The notes beneath the pieces are model-generated. The model had not been told where the DNA came from. It did not search any database and saw only the letters and a list, made by a program, of their open reading frames with translations. A program made the position numbers and the translations under genes. A stretch of DNA of 64,000 bases from Fidelibacterota bacterium. GTDB taxonomy: Bacteria > Fidelibacterota > Fidelibacteria > Fidelibacterales > DSDE01. Positions 1-8,974 of this stretch are shown one piece after another. Numbering within the stretch: position 1 is the stretch's first letter; every line of letters begins with the position of its first letter. The stretch lies in NCBI GenBank assembly GCA_046735395.1, contig JBJKQR010000027.1, positions 1 through 64,000 on the forward strand. Direction: 5' to 3'.

Positions 1-96
1 TCCCAGATTAGGCAGAGGCCCGGCCCCCATACTCAGCCAGCCGTTTGCTCCCTGAAGAACAGAAATTGTGAAAACAAGCAGAAATATTCGTTTCAT
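1..96 (-). CDS. 5' end of an exported hypothetical protein (runs off the window edge)
   Basis: Minus-strand ATG at 96 preceded by GGAG; reads MKRIFLLVFTISVLQGANGWLSMGAGPLPNLG, a signal-peptide-like N-terminus, open to position 1. Confidence 0.6.
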   Translation of the reverse strand, partial: MKRIFLLVFTISVLQGANGWLSMGAGPLPNLG

Positions 97-235
97 CAGC
101 AGCTCCGGTTTATGGATTTGAACTTCAATATCAATTTACTTTGGAAAAATACCTTCTGAAATATTTTATTTTATAATCTCTTTCCCCGTTGCTCTGGTGT
201 GTGTAACTTTCGGCCGGTTAAACGGAGACGGAATT

Positions 236-1378
236 TTGCCAGCGAGCTTTCAGATCATAGCCAAGCCCAACGGGGCAGTGTGCAATATGTCCTGCTCCTA
301 CTGTTTTTACCTTGAGAAGAAAAGTCTGTACCGCCACCATTTCTCAAATGATCCGCACATGTGGGCCATGGAGGAGGATGTACTGCGTGACTTCATCCGA
401 AAATATATTGACGAGAGTCCGTCCCGGGATGTTCATTTCATCTGGCAGGGCGGGGAGCCGCTGCTCAGTGGTTTGGAGCGCTTCCGCCACATTGTGGAGC
501 TTCAGGACGAATACGCCGGAACTCACCAAATTCTGAATACGCTACAGACCAATGGAACCCTTATTGATGATGACTGGGTTCGCTTTTTTCGGGATCATCG
601 CTTTACAGTGGGACTCTCCATTGACGGGCCGGCTGAAATGAATGATATCATCCGGAAGGGCGGAGCCGCCAGCCAGGTTCTGGAGGCGGCCCGGGCCCTG
701 AATGCCGCCGGCGTCTCTCTCGTGTCTCTGACCTGTGTCCATGCCCGCAACCGGGATCACGGCGCTGACGTGTACGAATTCCTCAGGGAAGCCGGTTTTA
801 CCGTACAGCAGTATATTCCCATAGTTCCCCGGAAACCGGGAATGAAGGACGCTCTGCTGCCGGGAGATTATGCCCGCTTTCTTCTCGATATCTATGGGAT
901 ATGGGTGGCGCGGGATGTGGGATCGGTTTTCGTCCAGCCCTTCGATCTGGCCCTCGAAGCCTGGATGGGTCAGCCAACCCATCTCTGCGTATTCAACCGA
1001 AGCTGCGGCGCTGTGCCGGTCATCGAAAAGAACGGAGATCTGTACAGCTGCGATCATTTTGTGGATGCGGAGCACCGTATCGGGAATATTCAACAGGACA
1101 GCCTTATGTCCATGATGACATCACCCCGGCAGGAGGCTTTTGCTGCAGAGAAATCCCGGAACCTGCACCCTGACTGCCATAGCTGCCCCTGGTTGTTTGC
1201 CTGTCACGGCGGCTGTCCCAAGGACCGGATCAAGGACACGGAAGCAGGCCGGCAGAATTTTCTTTGTACGGATTATCAAACCTTGTTTAACATAATTGGG
1301 CCGGACATGGAATACATGGCCGGAGAGTTGAAGAACAGGCGCTCCCCTGCGACCGTCATGCAGCGGAAGACCCTATGA
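236..1378 (+). CDS. Anaerobic sulfatase-maturating enzyme (radical SAM/SPASM)
   Basis: AKPNGAVCNMSCSYCFY (CxxxCxxC), WQGGEP, LQTNG, YSCDHFV, CxxCxxxxxCHGGCPKDR; in-frame TTG at 236 with GGAG upstream (ORF track starts at 197); adjacent to a sulfatase. Confidence 0.92.
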   Translation: MPASFQIIAKPNGAVCNMSCSYCFYLEKKSLYRHHFSNDPHMWAMEEDVLRDFIRKYIDESPSRDVHFIWQGGEPLLSGLERFRHIVELQDEYAGTHQILNTLQTNGTLIDDDWVRFFRDHRFTVGLSIDGPAEMNDIIRKGGAASQVLEAARALNAAGVSLVSLTCVHARNRDHGADVYEFLREAGFTVQQYIPIVPRKPGMKDALLPGDYARFLLDIYGIWVARDVGSVFVQPFDLALEAWMGQPTHLCVFNRSCGAVPVIEKNGDLYSCDHFVDAEHRIGNIQQDSLMSMMTSPRQEAFAAEKSRNLHPDCHSCPWLFACHGGCPKDRIKDTEAGRQNFLCTDYQTLFNIIGPDMEYMAGELKNRRSPATVMQRKTL

Positions 1379-1388
1379 AAGGAGACGA

Positions 1389-2966
1389 ATGAAACGCCGT
1401 AAATTTATCAGAAATATGGGACTCGGAACAGCGGCTCTGGCCTTTCCGGTGCTGTTTTCCAATTGCATGGGAAAACGCCGTCCCAATATCATCTTCATCA
1501 TGAGTGATGATCACGCCGAACAGGCCATCAGTGCCTATGGCAGCAAACTGATCAAAACTCCGAATATCGACAGGATCGGGAATGAAGGCATCCGTTTTGA
1601 GAATTCCTTTGTGACCAATTCCATCTGCGCGCCCAGCCGGGCGGTCATGCTCACCGGCAAATACAGCCACCTGAATGGCCTCCGGGATAATCGCGATACC
1701 TTTGACAACAAGCAGCTGACTTTTCCTAAACTGCTTCAGAAACACGGGTATCAGACCGCCATCATCGGTAAGTGGCATCTGAAATCCGAACCCACCGGTT
1801 TCGATGTGGCCAAGGTCCTGAAAGGGCAGGGTGTCTACTATAATCCGGCTCTCTATGATAAGGGCGTGAAAACCGATTATATCGGCTACACAACGGATAT
1901 CCTTACCGATGTGGCTCTGGACACGCTGAAGGATATGGACCCGTCCAAGCCGTTCTGCATGCTGCTTCATCACAAGGCACCGCACCGCAACTGGATGCCC
2001 GATGCCCGCCACCTTGAGGATTTTGAGGATGTGGAACTGCCCTATCCCGATAATCTCTTCGACGACTACGAGGGACGTCCCGCTGCCGAACACGCGGATA
2101 TGCGCATCCGGGATATGTACCTTTCCTTTGACCTCAAGCTTCATCCGGAATTCTTCGGGACGGAGACGGGAACCGGTGGAAGTGAATCCTATGCAAAGAC
2201 GGTCGTTCAGACCTGGGAAGATACCTATAACCGGCTTACACCGGAGCAGAAGGCTGCCTGGGATAAACATTACGACAAGGTAAACCGTGAATTCAGGGAC
2301 AAGAAGCTGCAGGGGAAGGAACTCACCAAGTGGAAATATCAGCATTACATGAAGGATTATCTGCGCTGCATCCTGTCAGTCGATGAAAATGTGGGACGGG
2401 TTCTGGATTATCTGGATCAGAATAATCTGACCGAGAATACGGTCCTTGTCTATACATCGGATCAGGGATTTTATCTGGGTGAACACGGCTGGTATGACAA
2501 GCGTTTCATGTATGAGGAATCGCTGAGCATGCCGCTGCTCATGCGCTATCCCCGCGAAATCGGAGCTGGCCAGGTGAGTAAGGACCTGGTGCTGAATCTG
2601 GATTTTGCCTCCACGTTTCTGGATTATGCCGATGTGAATATTCCGGCGGAAATGCAGGGCGAATCTCTCCGTCCCCTCATCCGTGGCCGGGCCAAACACT
2701 GGCGGGACGCCATCTACTACCATTACTACGAGTATCCCCAGGGATGGCATAAGGTGAAAAAACATTACGGAATCCGGACGCAGCGTTATAAACTCATCTA
2801 TTTTTATGATGATGATGAATGGGAACTCTACGACCTGCAGACAGATCCCCACGAAATGCATAATATCTATGACGAGAGTGTCCGGGGCGACCTGATCCGA
2901 AGCCTGAAGCAGGAATTGGTTCAGCTTCAGAAGGAGTACGGTGAGACTGAAGTCCTGAATATCTGA
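1389..2966 (+). CDS. Cys-type formylglycine sulfatase with Tat (probably lipoprotein) signal
   Basis: MKRRKFI twin-arginine signal, FSNC possible lipobox, PNIIFIMSDDH, ICAPSRA (CxPxR), GKWHL, HHKAPHRNW, SDQGFYLGEHGWYDKRFMYEES; AAGGAG RBS. Confidence 0.93.
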   Translation: MKRRKFIRNMGLGTAALAFPVLFSNCMGKRRPNIIFIMSDDHAEQAISAYGSKLIKTPNIDRIGNEGIRFENSFVTNSICAPSRAVMLTGKYSHLNGLRDNRDTFDNKQLTFPKLLQKHGYQTAIIGKWHLKSEPTGFDVAKVLKGQGVYYNPALYDKGVKTDYIGYTTDILTDVALDTLKDMDPSKPFCMLLHHKAPHRNWMPDARHLEDFEDVELPYPDNLFDDYEGRPAAEHADMRIRDMYLSFDLKLHPEFFGTETGTGGSESYAKTVVQTWEDTYNRLTPEQKAAWDKHYDKVNREFRDKKLQGKELTKWKYQHYMKDYLRCILSVDENVGRVLDYLDQNNLTENTVLVYTSDQGFYLGEHGWYDKRFMYEESLSMPLLMRYPREIGAGQVSKDLVLNLDFASTFLDYADVNIPAEMQGESLRPLIRGRAKHWRDAIYYHYYEYPQGWHKVKKHYGIRTQRYKLIYFYDDDEWELYDLQTDPHEMHNIYDESVRGDLIRSLKQELVQLQKEYGETEVLNI

Positions 2967-3030
2967 GGACGTCATTTCGGACAGGATGCTGTGACAGAAC
3001 CGTTATGGATAATAAATCAAGGATGTGATA

Positions 3031-4080
3031 ATGAAAATGTTTGAACCTCTGAGAATAGGCGATCTGGAACTTCCCAATCGGCTGGTCATGTCGCCGCTGA
3101 CCCGTTGCCGGGCTCCTGAAAGGCTGCCCAATGCCATGATGGCGGAGTATTACCGCCAGAGATCCGGGGCCGGTCTGATCATCAGTGAGGGGACGGCTGT
3201 CAGTCCCATGGGAGTGGGCTATCCGGATACGCCCGGGATCTGGTCTGAGGCTCAGTGTGAGGCATGGAAACCGGTGACGGATGCCATTCATCAGGCCGGT
3301 GGACGGATTGTCATGCAGCTGTGGCATGTGGGGCGGATTTCCGATCCGGACTATCTGGATGGCCGTCAGCCTGTGGCGCCGAGTGCGATTGCGGCAGGCG
3401 GTACGGTGAGTCTGCTGCGCCCCAAACGGGATTACGCAGTACCCAGGGCTCTCGAAACCGATGAAATCCATGCAATCGTGGATGACTACGAACGGGGGGC
3501 GGCAAATGCCCGAAAGGCCGGGTTTGACGGAGTGGAAATCCATGCCGCCAACGGGTATCTTCCTGACCAGTTCCTGCAGAGCCGCAGCAACCATCGAAGC
3601 GATGACTACGGCGGCAGTATGGAAAACCGCAGCCGCTTCCTGATGGAGGTGACGGATGCGGCCATTTCCGTCTGGGGGGCCGGCCGGGTCGGTGTCCATC
3701 TTGCTCCCCGTGGTGACTCCCATGATATGGGTGATGAAAATCCGGAAGCTCTGTTCCGCTATGTTGCGTCCGAACTGGGAAAACGCCGTATTGCCTTTAT
3801 CTTCACCCGCGAACATTATGGAGAAGCTGCTCTCAGCCCGCTTATGAAGACGAATTTCGGGGGCTGCCTCATTGCCAACGAAAAATTGGACCGTGACAGT
3901 GCAGAATCTCTGCTGCAGGCGGGAGATGCGGATGCCGTTGCCTTCGGGCGGACCTTCATAGCCAATCCCGATCTGGTGGAACGCTTCCGAGAAAATACGG
4001 ATCTGAATCATCCCGATCCGGATAGCTTTTATCGCGGCGGATCTGTCGGGTATATCGATTATCCCTTTCGGAAGGGGTGA
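3031..4080 (+). CDS. Alkene reductase (Old Yellow Enzyme, NemA/XenB-like)
   Basis: MSPLTRCRA, QLWHVGRIS, GFDGVEIHAANGYL, AFGRTFIANPDL, GYIDYP. Confidence 0.92.
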   Translation: MKMFEPLRIGDLELPNRLVMSPLTRCRAPERLPNAMMAEYYRQRSGAGLIISEGTAVSPMGVGYPDTPGIWSEAQCEAWKPVTDAIHQAGGRIVMQLWHVGRISDPDYLDGRQPVAPSAIAAGGTVSLLRPKRDYAVPRALETDEIHAIVDDYERGAANARKAGFDGVEIHAANGYLPDQFLQSRSNHRSDDYGGSMENRSRFLMEVTDAAISVWGAGRVGVHLAPRGDSHDMGDENPEALFRYVASELGKRRIAFIFTREHYGEAALSPLMKTNFGGCLIANEKLDRDSAESLLQAGDADAVAFGRTFIANPDLVERFRENTDLNHPDPDSFYRGGSVGYIDYPFRKG

Positions 4081-4165
4081 GTCACATTTCGGCAGAAGAA
4101 CCCGGCAGAATTGAATATCCCGCTATGAAGTGGTTTTCAGCAGATGAAATTATGTATATTTCGCA

Positions 4166-5485
4166 ATGAGATCAGGAATGAAGGGCGAAAGACAGAATTC
4201 GAATTCAATCATTATTCGCGGCGGCCTGCTGATCGGCCTGCTGATATGGGTGGGCGGTACCATTATCCTCTACTCCGGCCGCTACAAGGGAACGGTCTGG
4301 AACGAGCTGCGCGAGAGTTTCCCGCACTTTACCTTTCTTCTTCATTTTATTCTGCTCCTCATGTTCTTCGGCCTCAGTTTTGCCATCTGGCGGAGTTTTG
4401 AAAATAACCGGCGTATCACGTCTGATTTTCTCAGCAGCGAAAAACGTTTCAAATTTCTGCTGAACAGCGTTTCCGATGCAGTGTGGATCAGTGATCGTGA
4501 AAGCGGAGAACTGCTGTACTGCAATCCTGCCGCTGAACACTTTTTAGGTCTTGGTGATCATCCTGTCCCGCGAAAAGCCACAGACTGGATGGAACGGGTT
4601 CATCCGGAAGACCGTGCCGTCGTGGAAGCGGACATCAGTGATGCTCACAGCAGGAAGGAACATCGCATCATGTTCCGCACTCTGGATGAAAATGGCGAAA
4701 TCCGGCATCTGCTGCTTCGCTGGAACAGATTTCGTGATGATGCGGCCAATCAAAGTATTCAGGGTACTTTTCTTACCGATATTACTCAATTGATACAGAA
4801 TGAGGATGAAATAAAAACCCTTTCCCGCAGCCTGTTATCGGCTCAGGAGGAGGAACGCCACCGCATTGCCAGGGACCTCCATGATCACATCGGACAGGGA
4901 CTGGCCAGCATCCGGCTGCAGTGTGAAAATCTGGGCAACAGCTTCAGCGATTCTGCTCTGCCGGAATCCGAACGTCAGGATCTGACGGAAGGGATGGCAT
5001 CGCTGGTGGGAACACTCATTGCCGATGTGCGGAATATTTCCACGGGCCTTCATCCGCCGGAACTGGATCAGCTGGGACTGGTGCTGACTGTCAGCGATTT
5101 TTGCCGGCAGTTCAGCAGGGAACATTCCATTCCGGTGGAGTTTCAGGCAGCAGCTCTCAGTGATATTCGCCTGGAACGGGCCAGTGAGATCAATCTTTTT
5201 CGAATTGTACAGGAAGCTCTGACCAATATCGGGAAACACAGCGGAGCCTCCCGGGCCTCGGTGAAAATGGTGCGCCAGGGGCCGCGCATTCTTCTGAGGA
5301 TTGAAGACAATGGTGACGGCTTCGATGTGCTGGATTCACGGGAGAATGCTGCCCGGACCCGGCATATGGGAATAAAGAGCATGGAGGAGCGGGCCCGGCT
5401 CCTGGACGGAGAATTCAGTATCGTGAGCAGGCGCGGAAGCGGAAGCCGTATTCTCGTAACCATTCCCTTCAGGGAGAGAACATGA
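4166..5485 (+). CDS. Membrane PAS sensor histidine kinase (HisKA_3, NarX/UhpB-type)
   Basis: Two N-terminal hydrophobic helices, PAS (WMERVHPEDR), EERHRIARDLHDHIGQ H-box, QEALTNIGKHS, EDNGDGF. Confidence 0.9.
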   Translation: MRSGMKGERQNSNSIIIRGGLLIGLLIWVGGTIILYSGRYKGTVWNELRESFPHFTFLLHFILLLMFFGLSFAIWRSFENNRRITSDFLSSEKRFKFLLNSVSDAVWISDRESGELLYCNPAAEHFLGLGDHPVPRKATDWMERVHPEDRAVVEADISDAHSRKEHRIMFRTLDENGEIRHLLLRWNRFRDDAANQSIQGTFLTDITQLIQNEDEIKTLSRSLLSAQEEERHRIARDLHDHIGQGLASIRLQCENLGNSFSDSALPESERQDLTEGMASLVGTLIADVRNISTGLHPPELDQLGLVLTVSDFCRQFSREHSIPVEFQAAALSDIRLERASEINLFRIVQEALTNIGKHSGASRASVKMVRQGPRILLRIEDNGDGFDVLDSRENAARTRHMGIKSMEERARLLDGEFSIVSRRGSGSRILVTIPFRERT

Positions 5486-6156
5486 GCGACAGAATATCCA
5501 TATTCCTCATTGATGACCACAGTATGGTGAGAGCCGGGATCAGGGCCATCATCGAACGGAACGAAAAATACCGGGTGGTCGGTGAAGCCGGGAACGGAAA
5601 AGAGGCTCTGGAATTATGTTCCGGGCTCAAACCACGGATTATCATCCTGGATATTGATCTTCCCGATATGAGCGGCCTGAATCTTATTCAGAAACTGAAG
5701 GCCATGCTGCCTGCATCGGAAATTATGATGCTGTCCATGTATTATCAGCAGAATTATATCAATAAAGCCCTGTCCGAAGGCGCCAAAGCCTATGTGATAA
5801 AGGAAAGCGGCCAGGAAAAACTTCTGAAGGCGCTGGCAGCCCTGGAGGAAGGGGACATTTATATTGATGGGAATACGGCCGCCTCGGGTCAGGACCTTTC
5901 AGAACGGAATAACGGCAGCGAGGAACATCTGCGGGATGAAGCCTATGAAAGTCTGACAGGCCGTGAACAGGAAATTATGCTCCTGCTGGCTGAAGGCTGG
6001 TCGGTGAAGGATATCGCTGCAAAAACCTATATCTCCGCGCGAACGGTCGAAAATCACCGCAGCAGTATTTTCCGGAAACTGGGCCTGCAGAATCTGATCG
6101 AACTGGTTCGATATGCGGCACGTCTCGGCCTTATTGATCTGGACACCTGGAAATAA
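5482..6156 (+). CDS. NarL/LuxR-family response regulator
   Basis: IDDHSMVR receiver, LDIDLPD, LTGREQEI...ISARTVENHRSSIFRKL HTH; ATGA overlap with the kinase. Confidence 0.93.
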   Translation: MSDRISIFLIDDHSMVRAGIRAIIERNEKYRVVGEAGNGKEALELCSGLKPRIIILDIDLPDMSGLNLIQKLKAMLPASEIMMLSMYYQQNYINKALSEGAKAYVIKESGQEKLLKALAALEEGDIYIDGNTAASGQDLSERNNGSEEHLRDEAYESLTGREQEIMLLLAEGWSVKDIAAKTYISARTVENHRSSIFRKLGLQNLIELVRYAARLGLIDLDTWK

Positions 6157-6292
6157 TCAGCACTCATCTTTCCGAAAAGGTTCATATTTTTCACATCTGA
6201 AAAACGGTGTTTCCGCCATGCTCTGCAGTGTGCGGTCACAGGCTGCGAATATCACCTTGCCGTCCGCTTGCTCATTTCGTAATTTCGCCCAT

Positions 6293-8974
6293 ATGTTCGA
6301 TATAGCTGTGCATCCGGCCGGGCTGCGTCCCTGCCTGAAGGGGACCGGAATCCTGGCCGCAGTTCCGTTGTATGCAGCGAATGAACCAGGGACAGCCACC
6401 CCCGAAATGGGGATACCTGCGCTTGTCTGGCTTCTGGTGATTATCACTTTTCTCGTCAGCAGCCTTCTGGTTATTCTCGTCCGGGCTCTGAAGGAAAACA
6501 GGAATCTGAGAAGCGAAGCGGAAACGAATTCACGGGAAATGAACCGACTGTACCAGCTGCTGCAGCGTCACGACCGCAAACATAAGAATATGCTGGCCCG
6601 ATTGGAAACCAGCCGGGAAAATTATAAGAATATTTTTAATTCCGTATCCCATGGCATTGTTCTGGTCAATCCCCTGACCTTTCAGATCCTCAGGGCAAAC
6701 AGCCGGTTTCAGCTTATGCTGGGACGGGATATGAATCCTCTCGTTCAGACAGATATCCGAGACCTTTTTCCTGAAAGCGATAACCAGGATTCTCTTCTCA
6801 GGCTCATTGGCCGCTGCATGCATGAGGAAAAAGTTCACAGTGACTGGTTCATGCAGACCGGTCCCGGTCCTGAAGACGGTACCTGGGTAAACCTGAGTCT
6901 GATCCACAGCCGGTATGAGGATGAAACCTGCGTGCTTATATCCTTTGCCGATATCAGTCAGCGAAAGATGGCTGAAATGGATATTCGTATCACGAATTTA
7001 TATCTGAATGCCCTGCTGCGGATTCACCAGGCTCTGAATAACGATGCCATCCTTTCCGGCTGGAATGTGGAAGTGCTTCAGATAATCAATGAAACCTGTA
7101 CATCCAATGAAGTATTATATATGGAGCGTGAACAGGAATCGGGTCCCTTTCTGAAAGTTGCGGATTATCATCCGGAACTGAGCCTTTCTCAGGGCTTCAC
7201 GGACAGCATGATACCGTCGCTTTCCCTGCCTGCGGCCATGACTGATGACCTCGCGGCCGGGCGGGAGATCGTGCTGGGCCCCTTCGAAAGCAGAAAAATC
7301 CTGAATATGCGGGAAAACAATGACATGCTTCAGTCACTGGTTTTTGTGCCCGTGTTTTTCCATAATACGCTGAAGGGCCTCATTGTCCTGGTGTATCAGT
7401 ACGGCGGAAAACAATGGTTCAAATACGAATCCGATTTCGTTGCGTCCTGCGCAACCGCCCTGGCTCTCTATCGTGAACGCCAGTCCATGATTGCCGCCAT
7501 CAATGAACGGGAACAGCAGTTCAGGACTCTTGCCAATAACCAGCAGGCCGGTATCTTCATTGTCAGAGGCAGAGAAATCGTTTTTGCGAATGCCCGCTTT
7601 TTCGAATTGAGCGGCCTGAAGAGCACCACCCGTATCAATACCCTTTTTAAATTTATTGCCGACATGTCCAGATCGGAATTCATCTCCAATATGGCTATGC
7701 TGCAGGCAGGCCGACGCAAAATGATCCGTATGGATCTGGAAATCCGCCTGCCCGATCAGCGCATCAACTGGCTGGATTTCTTCGGCTCCCGGATTCAGTT
7801 TCATGAGGAAGACGCGCTGCTCTTTTCCGTTTACGACATCACCCAGAAAAAAAGGGCTGAAAAACGTCTGAAACTTGCCCAGTTTTCCATTGATACGGCC
7901 ATGGACTGTATCATCTGGTTCAACGATACGGGAAATATTACCTATGTCAATCAGCAGACCTGTGCGTTGCTGAATTATCAGCCGGATGAACTTCTCGATC
8001 ATCATTACAGTCTCATCAACGAGGAATTTACTGCTGAAAACTGGGATTCAATCTGGCAGGAACTGCTGAAACAGGGGAATAAGGCGGCCCTGCAGACACT
8101 CCTCACCTGTCATGACGGAACGAAGGTCCCCGTCGAATCCATGCTCGAGATTTTTCACTTTCAGGATCAGGCCTATGCCTTTACCTACAGCCGTGACATC
8201 CGCCGGCGCCTGGAGGAGGAGCGGAGCAGAAATGAACTGAAGGAACAGCTGAACCGGGCCGAGCGTCTTGAATCCCTGGGCTTTATGGCTGCCGGTGTCG
8301 CACATGAAATCAATAATCCCATGATGGGAATTCTGAATTACACTCAGATTATTCATGACAAGGTCGATGACCGGGACCTGAAATCCTACACTGAAACAAT
8401 TCTCAGGGAGGGATCCCGGATTTCTGAAATTGTCAGCAAACTACTGGACTTTTCCAGCCCCCGCACGGATATTCCCGTTCCCGTACTTTTTGATACCATC
8501 ATTGAGGACAGCCTCGTGCTGGTGGGAGCGAATCTGAAGAAGAGTCAGATTATTCTGGAAAACCGGATTCCGAAGCGAAGCATCCTGCTCAGCTGTAAAA
8601 AAGGATCCATTCAGCAGGTTGTCCTGAACCTGCTTCAGAATGCCCGGCACAGCCTTGATAAAAAATTTCCATCCTCGAATGAGAACAAGCGCATCGTGCT
8701 CTCGGCCGAATTTCGTGTTCAGGATGACCTGTCCTTTGTGGATATCGTCTTCAGAGATCACGGAAATGGAATCAGTCCGCGCCATCTTCCCCATATTTTT
8801 ACTCCATATTTCACGACCAAAGTGAGAAATGAAGGAACCGGCCTGGGACTGGCATTATCCCATTCCATCATTCGTGAACATGGCGGCCGTCTCAGTGTCC
8901 GCTCTGAAGAGGGTGTTTTTGCCGAATTTATCATGTCGCTTCCCGCCGAACCTGTTTCGGGAGACCGGGTATGA
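6293..8974 (+). CDS. Multi-PAS/GAF sensor histidine kinase (NtrB-like)
   Basis: TM helix, several PAS repeats ending DISQRK/DITQKK/DIRRR, AGVAHEINNP H-box, QVVLNLLQNA, DHGNG, PYFTTK, GTGLGL; start uncertain (ORF open from 6113). Confidence 0.88.
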   Translation: MFDIAVHPAGLRPCLKGTGILAAVPLYAANEPGTATPEMGIPALVWLLVIITFLVSSLLVILVRALKENRNLRSEAETNSREMNRLYQLLQRHDRKHKNMLARLETSRENYKNIFNSVSHGIVLVNPLTFQILRANSRFQLMLGRDMNPLVQTDIRDLFPESDNQDSLLRLIGRCMHEEKVHSDWFMQTGPGPEDGTWVNLSLIHSRYEDETCVLISFADISQRKMAEMDIRITNLYLNALLRIHQALNNDAILSGWNVEVLQIINETCTSNEVLYMEREQESGPFLKVADYHPELSLSQGFTDSMIPSLSLPAAMTDDLAAGREIVLGPFESRKILNMRENNDMLQSLVFVPVFFHNTLKGLIVLVYQYGGKQWFKYESDFVASCATALALYRERQSMIAAINEREQQFRTLANNQQAGIFIVRGREIVFANARFFELSGLKSTTRINTLFKFIADMSRSEFISNMAMLQAGRRKMIRMDLEIRLPDQRINWLDFFGSRIQFHEEDALLFSVYDITQKKRAEKRLKLAQFSIDTAMDCIIWFNDTGNITYVNQQTCALLNYQPDELLDHHYSLINEEFTAENWDSIWQELLKQGNKAALQTLLTCHDGTKVPVESMLEIFHFQDQAYAFTYSRDIRRRLEEERSRNELKEQLNRAERLESLGFMAAGVAHEINNPMMGILNYTQIIHDKVDDRDLKSYTETILREGSRISEIVSKLLDFSSPRTDIPVPVLFDTIIEDSLVLVGANLKKSQIILENRIPKRSILLSCKKGSIQQVVLNLLQNARHSLDKKFPSSNENKRIVLSAEFRVQDDLSFVDIVFRDHGNGISPRHLPHIFTPYFTTKVRNEGTGLGLALSHSIIREHGGRLSVRSEEGVFAEFIMSLPAEPVSGDRV

